NCBI GenBank assembly: GCA_030704615.1
Contig: CM060731.1
Coordinates: forward strand, 62,930,001 to 62,994,000
Source: Takakia lepidozioides
Taxonomy: Eukaryota > Plantae > Bryophyta
Direction: 5' to 3'
DNA length: 64,000 nt
Below are positions 26,448 through 37,795 of the stretch, piece by piece. Within the stretch, counting starts at the first letter, position 1. Each line of letters starts with the position of its first letter. Both the position numbers and the translations under genes were made by a program. The notes under the pieces are model-generated. The model had not been told where the DNA came from and did no database searches. It worked only from the letters and a program-made list of their open reading frames with translations.

Positions 26448-26659
26448 ATTTTATTTTATTTTATTTTGGGAAACACCTGGGAGCGACAGCTCACAAATCA
26501 GGCCCCTTAGTAGTGAGAGGAGACAACACCCCCCACGGGGGAAGGCCGCGCCACCCGTGTTAGATGCGCCTTTCCATGGCGAATTTAGGCTGCAACCTCC
26601 TTGGTTGACCTCCAGCCCAAAGGCGCCTAAGACGCCGACACTTTAGTGTTGGGCTCTGC

Positions 26660-28445
26660 CTTTTTTGGCAACTCTCTACAAAATAGCTTAACCACTTATA
26701 AAGCTAGTTAGCACTGCCTCCCATGGTCCTCTATGGCCAGGGGGCTTATGAACATAGATATGAACTTAATAATATGGAAATTTTGGCGATAGCTTTGCCG
26801 TCTCATGCAATATGGCCGTTGCCACTAAGCTAGAAAGGGAAATTTGACAAGAGCTTGGCCACTTCATGCAAGCTCGCCCTCTCCTTGAACATAATAATGG
26901 ACATCTACCCTCACTTCCATGACGTAATTGGGTTAGATTCCTAAGGCCCTGTCTCCTGGGGCTTCACACCTGTGCTCTTCACACATGTACATAGAGATGC
27001 ACACACATCCTCTTTGAAAGAGAGTTAGTTTTTATAGATTTCTAGCAAGCAATGCTATAAGGTCTCTTCTTGGAACAAGCTTGAACAACAAATGAAATGA
27101 ATTCAAAGGTCAAGATAGTATGATAAGTCACCATCTGAAACAAGTGGTGCTTGGGATGCACTAAATCGCTCGGTAGAATGGTACTCAAATCTGATCCTCC
27201 TCCGGCACTTCTACTCGTCCTCAAGTCTCTCACTTCGTGGAGCGCTTCCTCTACTTCTTGCCTCAAATGGCCACAAGGCCTTGAGCTAGGACTATCCTGC
27301 TCTCACTATGCTTGCTTCTATTACTAGAGAGCCACAAGCTCAACTCTCTAGGAACTAGCTCCCTCAAGCTCAAAACTAACTACACAAGCAAGAGGCCAAA
27401 ACAAGGAAATGAGACTAGATTGAAGAACAAGAGGAGCCTGCTCTTCTTTTATTGTGTTTTTGGGGCATCTTAAACTAGTGAAGGATAGTCTTAAGCTATT
27501 ATTTCCTACATGAGTCTATAATTTAAAAACGATAGAACGCCATAAAATAATAACCATGGATGGAAAACCTTGGTGTTAATGATAAATCTGGTTTTTCATC
27601 CATCCAATGGATGACCAGTTGGCGCTAGGTTGTCTTCTCATCCCTCCAGCTTGCAGGTCGAATTTCCAGTTTTCATCCATTGGATGAACTAGAATTCCAT
27701 TTAATCGCCTTTCGCAACTGCCTCCGGCGTGATAATTTGATGCCGTCTCTCATCACCTCCAAAAATCTCCAAACTTGGTGACAAATTATAATTAGGTGGC
27801 TTGTAACTTCCTATAAAATCTCAAAGGAATCGGGGAAAAAAAGCCACACCTTTGGTTGGTTTCCATGGTTTCGCCGTACAGACAGTCTCCCGCTTCCTGA
27901 CAGTAAAAATACTGGTGGTGCCCCCAGGGGGTCTTTGGCCCTGCCACTGGGTCACAGATCATCTAGGGTTTCCTCCTACACACTTTGCATCGCTGAGGAG
28001 TTCAAAACTTCGCCGGGAAGCTCCTTCATCCGTCGTTTGCTCCGATGTAGCACTTGCTTTGTCGCTTTCATCGCTGTACAAATTGTTTCCTCCAATTGCC
28101 AAGACTCATTGCCGCGTGCTCCTACTGGACTTGAAAGGCGGGAGAATAGAGAGTTTGCAATCCGGGACTGGAACAGTCGTCATGTATTGTTTTGAACAGG
28201 TGCATGTTGTCGTTACTAGTACCGAATTGGTAGCCTAACTCGCTGTCGATGCAGCTCCCGATGGTCATTTTGACGCCAGAGCTCCTCCATGGTCGTCTTA
28301 GACATAATCTAAATTCCTACGTGCTTTACCAGCGATTCCCAGATAACTCGCAAACTGCCCTACTTTGGCAGTACAATGCCTAAACTGTCTGCCTTAAGAT
28401 AAAAAACGATCTGAAAAGAAATTTGTACCAATATATGCATCTACA
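26660..28445 (-). mobile_element. LTR-like dispersed repeat, family C
   Basis: Shares blocks with 33450-34235, 43090-44811 and 47570-48530 (CTAGAGAGC.CAAGCTC.ACTCTCTAGGA; TTTCATCCATCCAATGGATGACCAGTTGGCGC; CTACTGGACTTGAAAGGCGGGAGAA). Minus strand begins TGTAGATGCA. Left boundary approximate. Confidence 0.6.
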
Positions 28446-28454
28446 CACTCACAG

Positions 28455-31400
28455 GAGGAAGAGTGACATTACTGTGTTCGAACGACGGTGCTGGATTGTG
28501 ACGGGAACATGATGGGTCTTCTGACGGCAATGAATGATGTGAACAGGTTGGTCTCTCATTCTACATGTTCCTGTTGTGGTTCCGTGGTTCTTTGGTTCCA
28601 ATCCTCTGTTGTCGGTTCTTGAATTTCATTCTAACTTTCACACATCAATCTGTAGAGGGACGGAGACATCGTATGTGAAAATGAGTCTGGTTCACACTCT
28701 GTACAGGATACAGAGGATCGGCCAGATGCCCTTGAGCAACTTCAAGACCATCCTTTCAGCAGAGACGTACAAGAAGTGCGAGAACTCCAAGACATCAGAA
28801 ACATGGTACTCGTTGACCCGTGAGGCTTTCATGGAGTATATGTACGCGGTGAGATACATCTTCCATCATCTGGCCTTTGGGTATTCCTGCTTCGAGATGT
28901 TTGTTTCTGTTTGTATCCCTTGCCCTTGTGTTAATGCATTTGTCGTGCATTCTCTTGCAGCAAGACATTGCAGATGCAGGGCAGCGTGACAAACTAGAAT
29001 ACTACAGCTCTACCCCTAAAGACAGAAGGACAACAAAGGGGGTTGATAGTCACATCAAGCAAGAGATGACGGCCGCAAGAAAAAATATTATGAGTACTTT
29101 TGTGAAGCAGTTGAGAATTGCCGACCCATCCTTCGGTCCACAGTTTCTTCAAGAGGTGAAAAACCATTTCAACAAGCTAGGCAAGCCCGAGATGGCCCAG
29201 GAGAAGTTGCACAGGTTGTCTACCGCCGTTGTGTCTTCAGAATAGAAGGTGAAGTGGCTGCAGATATGGAACTCCGATCCCACTGTTAGGGACACCCACA
29301 TGTTCCCCAGGCCGGAGAAAGAGAAAAAGACCAAGCGTGTCATTCCAGTCAGTGACAGTGTGATGGACACATGGCTTCACAAGGCCACTTACTGGAGCCA
29401 GGTATGATGTCCTTTGCTGTGTCACTTTTTTATCGCTTTTCTATCGTTCTCTTTCCATGTTCCATTGGCTGTGATTTTTTTCTGGTTCATTCTTGCATTG
29501 GAATTGTTTTGCAGTTGGAGGAAAGGGCCCAGTCTGTTCAACATACGCAGCTGGCTGACTATGGCATCACCCGAAGGTCACCTTCCAAGCATACATGCGG
29601 AAATGGAGAGCCACAGTGTGGCAATGTTGTTTCTTCAGGGAGTTCAACAAGGAGGGTGGCATCAGTCGAACAAATGAGCTTGACCAGCAAGAGAAAGGAG
29701 AGAAAGCCTGGAAACGATGCCTTTACAGGTGCAAAAATGGACTATGCTTCTTTGTTTTGCAAAGACACACTCTCCTCCATCCAACTTGGTTTGTGCTGGC
29801 TCATATGAGTGTGCGGTGCCACACACTCATTTGTTCTGTCCCTGTGTAGTAACACCAATGTGCACACCCTGGGCTTTTCAGGCTATTTTGTGTGCGGTGG
29901 TTACAATGTGTGGTGCCGCATACTCTTTTTGGGGGTCTTCGTGATGTGGGAGAAAAGCTAGGAGACAAAAGTTGCATTGCATAATGAGGCTGTCTCTGTG
30001 TCTGCAGGTACATGGCAGAAAACTGCTTGGGCAAACATCCAGATTTCGTGGACCTGTGGCTTGGGGGTGGTTGATCCTAAGGACCCGTACCATGCAGTGG
30101 AGCATCCCACGAGGGTCATTCGCCCTACCAGGTTGGAGATGGCCAACGTCGGGTTCCTTGCCATGATGGAGTCCAAGAAATCGGATTACAAGGACGATCC
30201 ATCACCAGTGTGGGACAGGATTGTGGAGTTCCTCGGCACGGTGCGTGTTGTCTTTTGCTTCTTGTGTGTTGTGGGCATGGCTCGTTTCAATCCTCTTGAG
30301 CATTCGCTTGCATGTTTGTTTGCAGACAAAAATGACCAAATCTTGGGTGAACGGGAAGGAGAAGCCATATGCAGCCGAGCTCATCATCTTGGACATCCCT
30401 GATGGGTTGCCAGTCCTGGATGTCCCTCCAGCGGGTACTTGTCCACATTGGAATGCTTTTGATGACCGTACTGGCGGTGGATTTTCTCCTTTTGCAATTT
30501 CTTTCTGTCCGATGCAGGTGTTTTGGTGCTCATCCAGTCCATCGACCTTCGCTGTTGTCGTACACTTGCAAGCTATTTGAAAGCCTCCGGTATGAGGGTC
30601 GTGAAGACATGGAATTGTGTGAACAACATGTACCTGACGAAGGGGGATCGTCCGGGAGAGATGTTAAATCTGCCTTTTTATTCCTCTTCTTGGTGGTTCT
30701 CGGATGGAGTTGCATAAGTCACTCAAATGTATATGGAGGGGCCTGGTTTTCAAGCTTCTTAGTTCTTTGTGGATGTCATGTTCGCAGACTCGTCTGTTTG
30801 AAGCTGTTTGTCTCGTCCGAGTGCATCCACCTACGACTCCAGCCGTCATTAGGGAGTTCGTCATCACTCATGGGGGCAAGATCATAGAGGAGAGGACAGA
30901 TCCTCCCACGGATGACATGCTCCATAACTACGTGGACAACAACGTGTACTTGCGAAGGGGGAATGGGGTTCCTTGGAGAGGGGCCAAGGAGAGGAGCTCG
31001 GCTTTCATTCAAACGATTGTGGAGTGTTGCACCTACACCGATGCCAAAGTTTTGGATTTGTCAATGGGCACAGGTTCGTCTCTTCATCCTTCACATTTGA
31101 TCGGGTTTGTTTGAACTTGCACTTTCAACACTTCCCACCGTTCCAAATGAAACTTCAATGTCTGTTTCCTTCCTTCTATTCCATTGCAAGTGCTTCATAC
31201 CACGCTTGCAAGGCCAGTGCGCGACATCTCTTCAGGATTGAAGGGGATTCCGAAATTTACAAGAACCTCCTGATGGGTTTGGGTGGACAAACTTCTCAAG
31301 TCCTTCCGAAGCCCCTTCCCGGTGTTATTGATACAGGGGAGACGTCCGACAAAGAGCTGGACTCCGACTTTGCCTGTGAGTAAGTTCAACCTGTGGATGC

Positions 31401-31767
31401 TTGCATTGTTGTTTCAATACCCAGAATCACTATTCTTAAGGCAAAGTGCACATAGGAGACATCCTCTTTGTTGGACTTGTGCATTGCATCATTGTATTCA
31501 AAATGGGTTTTTGTCGACTTGTGCAGGAGTCCGTGTGCTTCCACTGACCCTCCAAGGCTATCACACCTTTTTGGACTTCTTTCAAGTCCTCCTCAGTCTT
31601 ACATGCTGCCCGTCTATGCAGAGGCACTCGCAGCAATCATGTCCGTTCATGGCGCTCGCAGTCCAACCATCGACGGCCGTGGTAGAAGACGTGGTGTTGG
31701 GCCCCGGATCTTTGTGGATGACATAGCACATGAGTTCGATTGTGATTCTGATGACTGTGACACTTGA
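28455..31767 (+). pseudogene. Multi-exon gene with a C-terminal beta-class amino (N6-adenine/N4-cytosine) DNA methyltransferase-like domain, degenerate, probably TE-borne
   Basis: Exons ~28455-28546, 28656-28848, 28961-29401, 29515-~29810, 30008-30240, 30326-~30663, 30788-31073, ~31190-31375, ~31527-31767. Motif IV-like AELIILDIPDG (30392), FLSDAGVLVLI, PWRGAKERS, motif I-like VLDLSMGTG (31049), then ASYHACKASARHLFRIEGDSEIY. Premature TAG at 29243 and frameshifts. Confidence 0.7.
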
Positions 31768-32039
31768 TATCAAGTTTTCTTTTACTTTTATTTAGGGCCA
31801 ATTTTGAAATGGGATGGTTGTGTGTCCTTGTTATCATGTTTGCAATGTGTGCGTGGGATGCAAATTCCTGGGAACAACTATTGTTGGAGAGGGGGGTTGC
31901 ATGGACTGGCCGGATTGTTCCTTCAATCTCTTTGGTGTTTTCTGGAGCTCACAGGCTTGTACTGTGCATTGCAAAAACAAAAAAACGTGATGGGTTTGGG
32001 CAGTGCATTCTCGCATCATTTGCTCGCTGGTCTCCAAAC

Positions 32040-32400
32040 CATTCATGCCAGAACAATGCTTGGTAAATTCATCACGTTAAAGTCCACGTGATCAAAGATC
32101 GTTCAGGCATTCTTCTGGTGAGCATCCATGATGCTCCCGCACATACCATACATGTTCGCAAGGGTGGTGAGTAAGAAAACATTTCGCAGGGATCCGCTTT
32201 GGATGATGTGAGTGTGCACCTGCTTTCCGGGCCTTTTATCCTGATGCACTAAAACAAAACACAAACATACGTATGTGGATATGCTGCAATGCCTCCTTGG
32301 TTCAAAATCAAAACAGCCTCTTCCAGTGTGTCTGCCTCACGAAGCATCTTCACATGCCAAGAATGGGTGCCGACAAGCAGTGCTCACGACGTAGCCACAT
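32040..32400 (-). pseudogene. PLS-type PPR gene 5' fragment
   Basis: VKMLREADTLEEAVLILNQGGIAAYPHTYVCVL..C; GKQVHTHIIQSGSLRNVFLLTTLANMYGMCGSIMDAHQ; after a frameshift MPERSLITWT. Confidence 0.7.
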
Positions 32401-32698
32401 TCCCATGCAAGGGCTTGGTATGTTAATAACGTCTAAATGGATGCAATGGATAGAAATGATGGATACAATGGATGTAACACATCCAGACTGCATTCCCTAG
32501 AAAGGGCTGATCAACCCGCGGTAGTAAGTGCCACCCGTGGTAATAGGCCCTGCATGTTCGCTCCGGCATGCTGATGTGGCGTGAACGGTGAGCCTGTGCT
32601 GGGTTCACGGGCTCTTGGGCTCACAGGCTCACGCCTCCAGGCTCACGAAATAGCACCCTCCCTTAATACATAGAGCATGAGTACACATATAAAAGCAC

Positions 32699-33445
32699 CA
32701 CTAGTTTTCTAGGTCCGGGGGCCAGCTTCTCCCCTGCTTATACAACAAAGTTAGTCATTTCCGAGGTTAACTTGGGCCAAGGGGAGGTCACTTCCAAATA
32801 TTACCACTTGACGTGCAAAAAAATATATGGTGCCGAAAATTCTGAGAAAAAAAAATCTAGAATACATTTAGAAATACTATAGGGTACCAATATATTGGCG
32901 ACACCACATTTAAATTAAAATATGGTCCAAAATAAAGACGTATTTCCAAAAAAAAAAAAAACTAATATAGGGTGGAGAGAAATTAAAAGGACACGTGTCG
33001 TTCAGTAACACGCAGTTCGGGACACGTAGCGGAGACAGCGTAGGCGCATGTGCACAACAACCCTAGGCTTCCCTCTCTCCTGTCGGCTGCAATTCGTGGC
33101 GGCATTGTGCTAGACAGGCAGAGAGAAAGGGTGGTGTGCTCAGTGGTACAAACATTGTGGCCCACAGGTTTTGAAGCTTGCAGGACGTGACAGTGAAGAA
33201 GCGTAGATTGAGAAGGGAATGATGGCAACCCCATAATGTTTTTTTTTTAAATTTTCAGGTTAATATAGGGTGTCCAATATTTGTTACCTGCTATAAAATA
33301 TAAATAATATAGCATGCAAGAAAATATGCCATATTACAACATTATGTAATAATATGGTGGCCAAAAAAATAAAATTAATACCCCCATAGAAAATGCTTGT
33401 TTGCCTCACGTGCCTGGGAAACTAGATAGGGAGTGACCTCCCCGA
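32699..33445. mobile_element. Possible MITE with inverted terminal motifs
   Basis: CTAGTTTTCTAGG and GGGGAGGTCACTTCC near the left end mirror CCTGGGAAAACTAG and GGGAGTGACCTCCCC near the right end. AT-rich interior; no TSD established. Confidence 0.35.
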
Positions 33446-33449
33446 GACT

Positions 33450-34235
33450 TGGGCTTCCCTGTAGATTTCACAGAGCTGAAAAATGCCAATTAAACATCAC
33501 ACAAAGTTAGCATAGAGTCTTGACCCTTATATGAACTTGATCTTCATGATTCCAAAACTTAATGATTCAATCAAAAAAAATAGACAAGGTAGAGGGTTCA
33601 CCTTGAGGTCGTGTGGTGGTATGCTTGAGATGCTCTATTGTCCTAGTGAAGTCGTCTTCTTGCGGCCCATTTGGTACTTGTCGAACAAGTCTTCTCCTTG
33701 GCTCTCCTACTTGTCTTCAAATCATTCAAACCCACTAAGCCCACGTGCAACAACATCTCCTTGATGTATTAAAATCCAAAAAGCTCAAGGGCCAAAAACG
33801 AGTCTAAGGCCTATCCCTTAGCTCTAAAATTGCTTTCATATACTAGAGAGCTCAAGCTCGACTCTCTAGGACCTAAGCTCTTTCGAGCCATACTAACAAA
33901 GCTAGACCAAAACAAAAGGCAAGCAAGCAAATGAACTAGGTGAGGTACAAGGAGGATCTTACTCACTTTATATACCATTTTTGGGATCTAAAAACCATTG
34001 GGAAAATAAGATTAAACTAATATAAACTAGATGGAGTTATAGTTTAAAAATCATATAATGAAATACACTATGTTAGATGGAAAATGTTAGAGGCAAATGA
34101 TAAATATTTTTTCATCCCCCACTTGGACGGTTAGTTGGCGTTTTTCATCCGAACAACCTTCAGGGCGAAATTGTAATTTTTCTCCAATGAATTAAAAAAA
34201 CAATCAATTTATCGGTCGCCGCAAGTGCCGTTAGC
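33450..34235 (-). mobile_element. LTR-like repeat family C, partial copy
   Basis: CTAGAGAGCTCAAGCTCGACTCTCTAGGACCTAAGC and TTTTCATCC...GTTGGCG blocks collinear with 27324-27720. Confidence 0.55.
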
Positions 34236-34329
34236 CTCATATGACCTTTTTTTTAATTGTTTATCCAAAGGGAGCTATTGGGCGATATGTCTCAATTTTA
34301 ATAAAAATTAATAAATAATAATAATAATT

Positions 34330-36620
34330 TGGACCGCCAGTTTTGACAGTCTCGATTTGATAAATTAATAGAGATCAATTTTAGCTTTAGCGGTCTCGAT
34401 ATTAATAATAATAACTTAAAATAATAAAATAATAAGGATCGCCAACTTTGATTGTCTCAATATCAATAAAAATAAATAATAATATGACCATCAGCTCTGA
34501 AGGTCCAAATATTATTATTTAAAAAAAAATGATCCGCTAGCTATGATGCTCTTGATATAGTAAATAATAATAATAAAATAAATAAAAATTAAAAACGTTA
34601 CTATGCGGATTTTTTGTTTTTTTAAGCGACCGGTGGGCGATGGTGACGGTTGGACGATCGTGGTTTAATTTAACTTATTTGATTTTCTTTTCATACGTGT
34701 AATTTCCAGGAGACGTTAATACTTACGGATCATACTTTCTCCTTCCCCGGAAATTACATCACCGACATCTAAAATTGACGTGATGCAGGCCGCGTCAGCG
34801 TCATGTCATATGCGACCTGATAGCATTGATGCAGATAATGTAAGATGACGAACAATTTGTTAATTTTTTGAACAAGAGCACCTAGCTCAGCATAATGATT
34901 GGATGTCAGAAATCGACAAGAAGTTAGTTGCGCAGTCCATCTCGATCAAAGCTAACGTGCACAACGACATTGTTTCCATGGAAACCCAACTGGCATGTTC
35001 AATCACTTACCAGCAATTAGAGTACCATGATTATAATCATAGGAATACGGAAACCGCCATATTCTATTTGCTGGCCAAAAATCTTAAATTTTTTTTTCAA
35101 CAAACAATTGAGATCACTGGATTCAGCAGTCCTAAATTAAAAAAATATATTTAATAAAGCGGGACCACCAGCTTTGGCAGTCCCGATTTTTATGAAACTA
35201 CCGAATTTCAGAAACTTTCGATAAAAAAAACTACCGAATTGGAAAACAAAACTGTAAAAAAAACTACCGAATTAACTCGATTAAAATCCAAAACTCGATT
35301 AAAGTCCAAAATTTCAGAATTTTTTTAATAAATCAAGACTGCAAATTCCGGCAGTCCTGATTTTTATAAAATTATCTTATAAATTCGTGGTCGCCTGCTT
35401 TGGTAAGTTCCATTTTTAAAGTAAATATTTATTAAATTCAAAACCGCCAGCTCTGACAGTCCCATTTTATTAAAAATATGTATACAATAAAATGGGACCG
35501 CCAAATGTGTTTTTTTATCTTATTTTTGGGTAAAATCGGGACCAAAAGCTCTATGGCAATCCCGTATTTTTTTTTTCAAGAAAAAATCGGGACCGAACTA
35601 GCGGTTCCAAATTTTTTTTTAAATTATTCTTCCTTTAAGGATAAAATTGAGACCACTATAGCAGTCCCTATTATTATTTTTAATTATTTATTACTCTTAT
35701 TTTGTAGATAAAATTGGGACTGTCAGCTTCTGGCAGTCCCCATTTTATTGAAAACATTATAAGTCGTGAAAAAATAGGGACCACCAGCTTTGTTGGTTGT
35801 GGACTTAATTAAAACATTTAAATATAATATTATATCTTCTTGGTGGTCCAAATTTTGATATGAAAAAAATTAAAAAATTAAAAAAACGGATCCACCAGAA
35901 GTGGTTGTTTAAATTATTTTAATATTTTTAATTAAATCTGAAAAAATAAAAAAATAAAAAATTAGGACCGCAACCTCCAGTTGTCTTGATTTTAATTAGA
36001 AAAACATAAATATTTACAAGTTGGGACTGGCCTAATTTTAATTAAAAAAAATAAAAAAATCACAAATATTGGACCACCAACTCTAGCAGTCCTGATCATT
36101 AAAAATATATTTAATGAATCGGGGACCTCCAACTCTACAGATCCCAATCATTAGGAAATTTCTTAACAAATTTGGATCACTAGCTCTAACGGTCGCGAAT
36201 TATCAAGCTGAGAAATTATCACAACTGACTTGGCATTTTCTTGGTTGTTTATTTAGGTTTTGTGAGTATTTTTCCGTATTTTTTGAGTTTATGGGACATC
36301 TTTCTTTTATCTTCTATATTTTTTATTTTTTTTTGTTATATAAACTGATGTGACGCACGCCCACATCAGCGTGGGATCCAACGTAACGTGATTACACTTC
36401 AGTGTGTGATCTTACTTAATGATCGTTTTACTTGTTTTTATTTTTAAATGTCTGCGACTAGCAATATCGATAGTAACAACATTTTATTTTTTGAAGCAAA
36501 GGCATGTGATCACCAATATTGGCGACCGCAACATTTTATTTTATTTATACATGCATGCGACCACGAATCTTGGCGGTCCGAGCATTTTATTATATTTATA
36601 AATACATACGACCGCCAATA
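34330..36620. repeat. Array of imperfect palindromes GGGACCRCCAGCTTTGGCAGTCCC with A/T-rich spacers; probable non-autonomous DNA transposon
   Basis: Roughly 20-25 degenerate copies (e.g. 35161, 35337, 35716, 35778, 36071). Same architecture as the hAT subterminal array. No coding capacity. Confidence 0.65.
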
Positions 36621-37679
36621 TTCTGTCCTAAAAATTCGGCTACAGTGCGCAAGGTAGAGGATGACTTTTTCCACGGAGTGATAAGCTGGATTTTTGTGTA
36701 CCTATTGTTGATCTACTTTTTCCACTTCCAAGAGCCGATGCAAATTGATGACGAACATAAAACAACACACACACAAGATCCCTGAAACAAGAAGAATTTG
36801 CACATTTCTTTTTGTGTTGGTTCTGCCCATTCTCTTTCCTATTACAAGCAAACATTCGCATTACTGCTTGCTGACCTCAGACATAAATGTTTGAAATGTT
36901 GTTTATGAATTTCAAACTACCTAGTTCAAGGCCCACACTCAAATCATCAAAAACTGATTTTTTATTTACGCACCAGCGCCTAGAAATAATGTAAAGAGGT
37001 GAAATTTGGCTTGAACCCATCAGTGGTTATTTTATTATTTACACATACATGTTCTGGACTAACGAATGTAGTGGCAGGGATGAGCTCTCAGTGAGATTCA
37101 TTCATCCTATAGGGCCGCGGCGATTCCCCGCGGTAGGGAACGGTTCTTGAGTGTTCCTCGGTTCTCATTGGGTTCCCACGGGGTTCCCAGGGGCATCTTT
37201 AGGCGCGAAGAGAATATTTGGATTCCCCACATGATGTCCCATAGGGGAGGTATTTTTTCTGATTTTCTTAATTTCTTTTATTTTCCAGCATTTCTGATTT
37301 ACGAAATTGCTTAAATAGGATAGGTGCACATGGTGCACATTATAGCCTGAAGGGCGTTGATTAAACTGATTGAACTTATTGATTTGAGATGCTTAGAACC
37401 ATCTTATTAAACTTGGTGAACCTATTGGATTATGATAGGTATTTTGGCCGCTCCTTTGCTAAGACAAAATATTTTAGGCATTGGGGTAGAAAGCGTTGGC
37501 CCTTCCATCAGATATGACTTGAACTTAAGTACTCGGTGAAGGAAGGGCATTGGTAAAGGAGGATTTTCCTTCTTCTTCCTAGGCTCGGCAGGTGCCTTGT
37601 GAAGGGATTAAAACATGTCGGGTGGCTATAGGCGGCTTGGGGGTTTAGGCGGTAAGAATTAGAGAATAAAAACCAAAGA

Positions 37680-37795
37680 CTGGAAGCAGTTACTGAGTAG
37701 ATTGTAGGATACCGTAGGACTTAGAAACGCAAACTTGCCTTGTGAAGAGGAGTACGTGATTTCTCTTTGCCGGTAGGACTTAGATATTGATCATA
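37680..37795 (+). repeat. Unclassified dispersed repeat with an inverted relative at ~45840-45925
   Basis: TTAGAAACGCAA...TTGCCGGTAGGACT block present here and, reverse-complemented, near 45850-45915. Confidence 0.5.
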
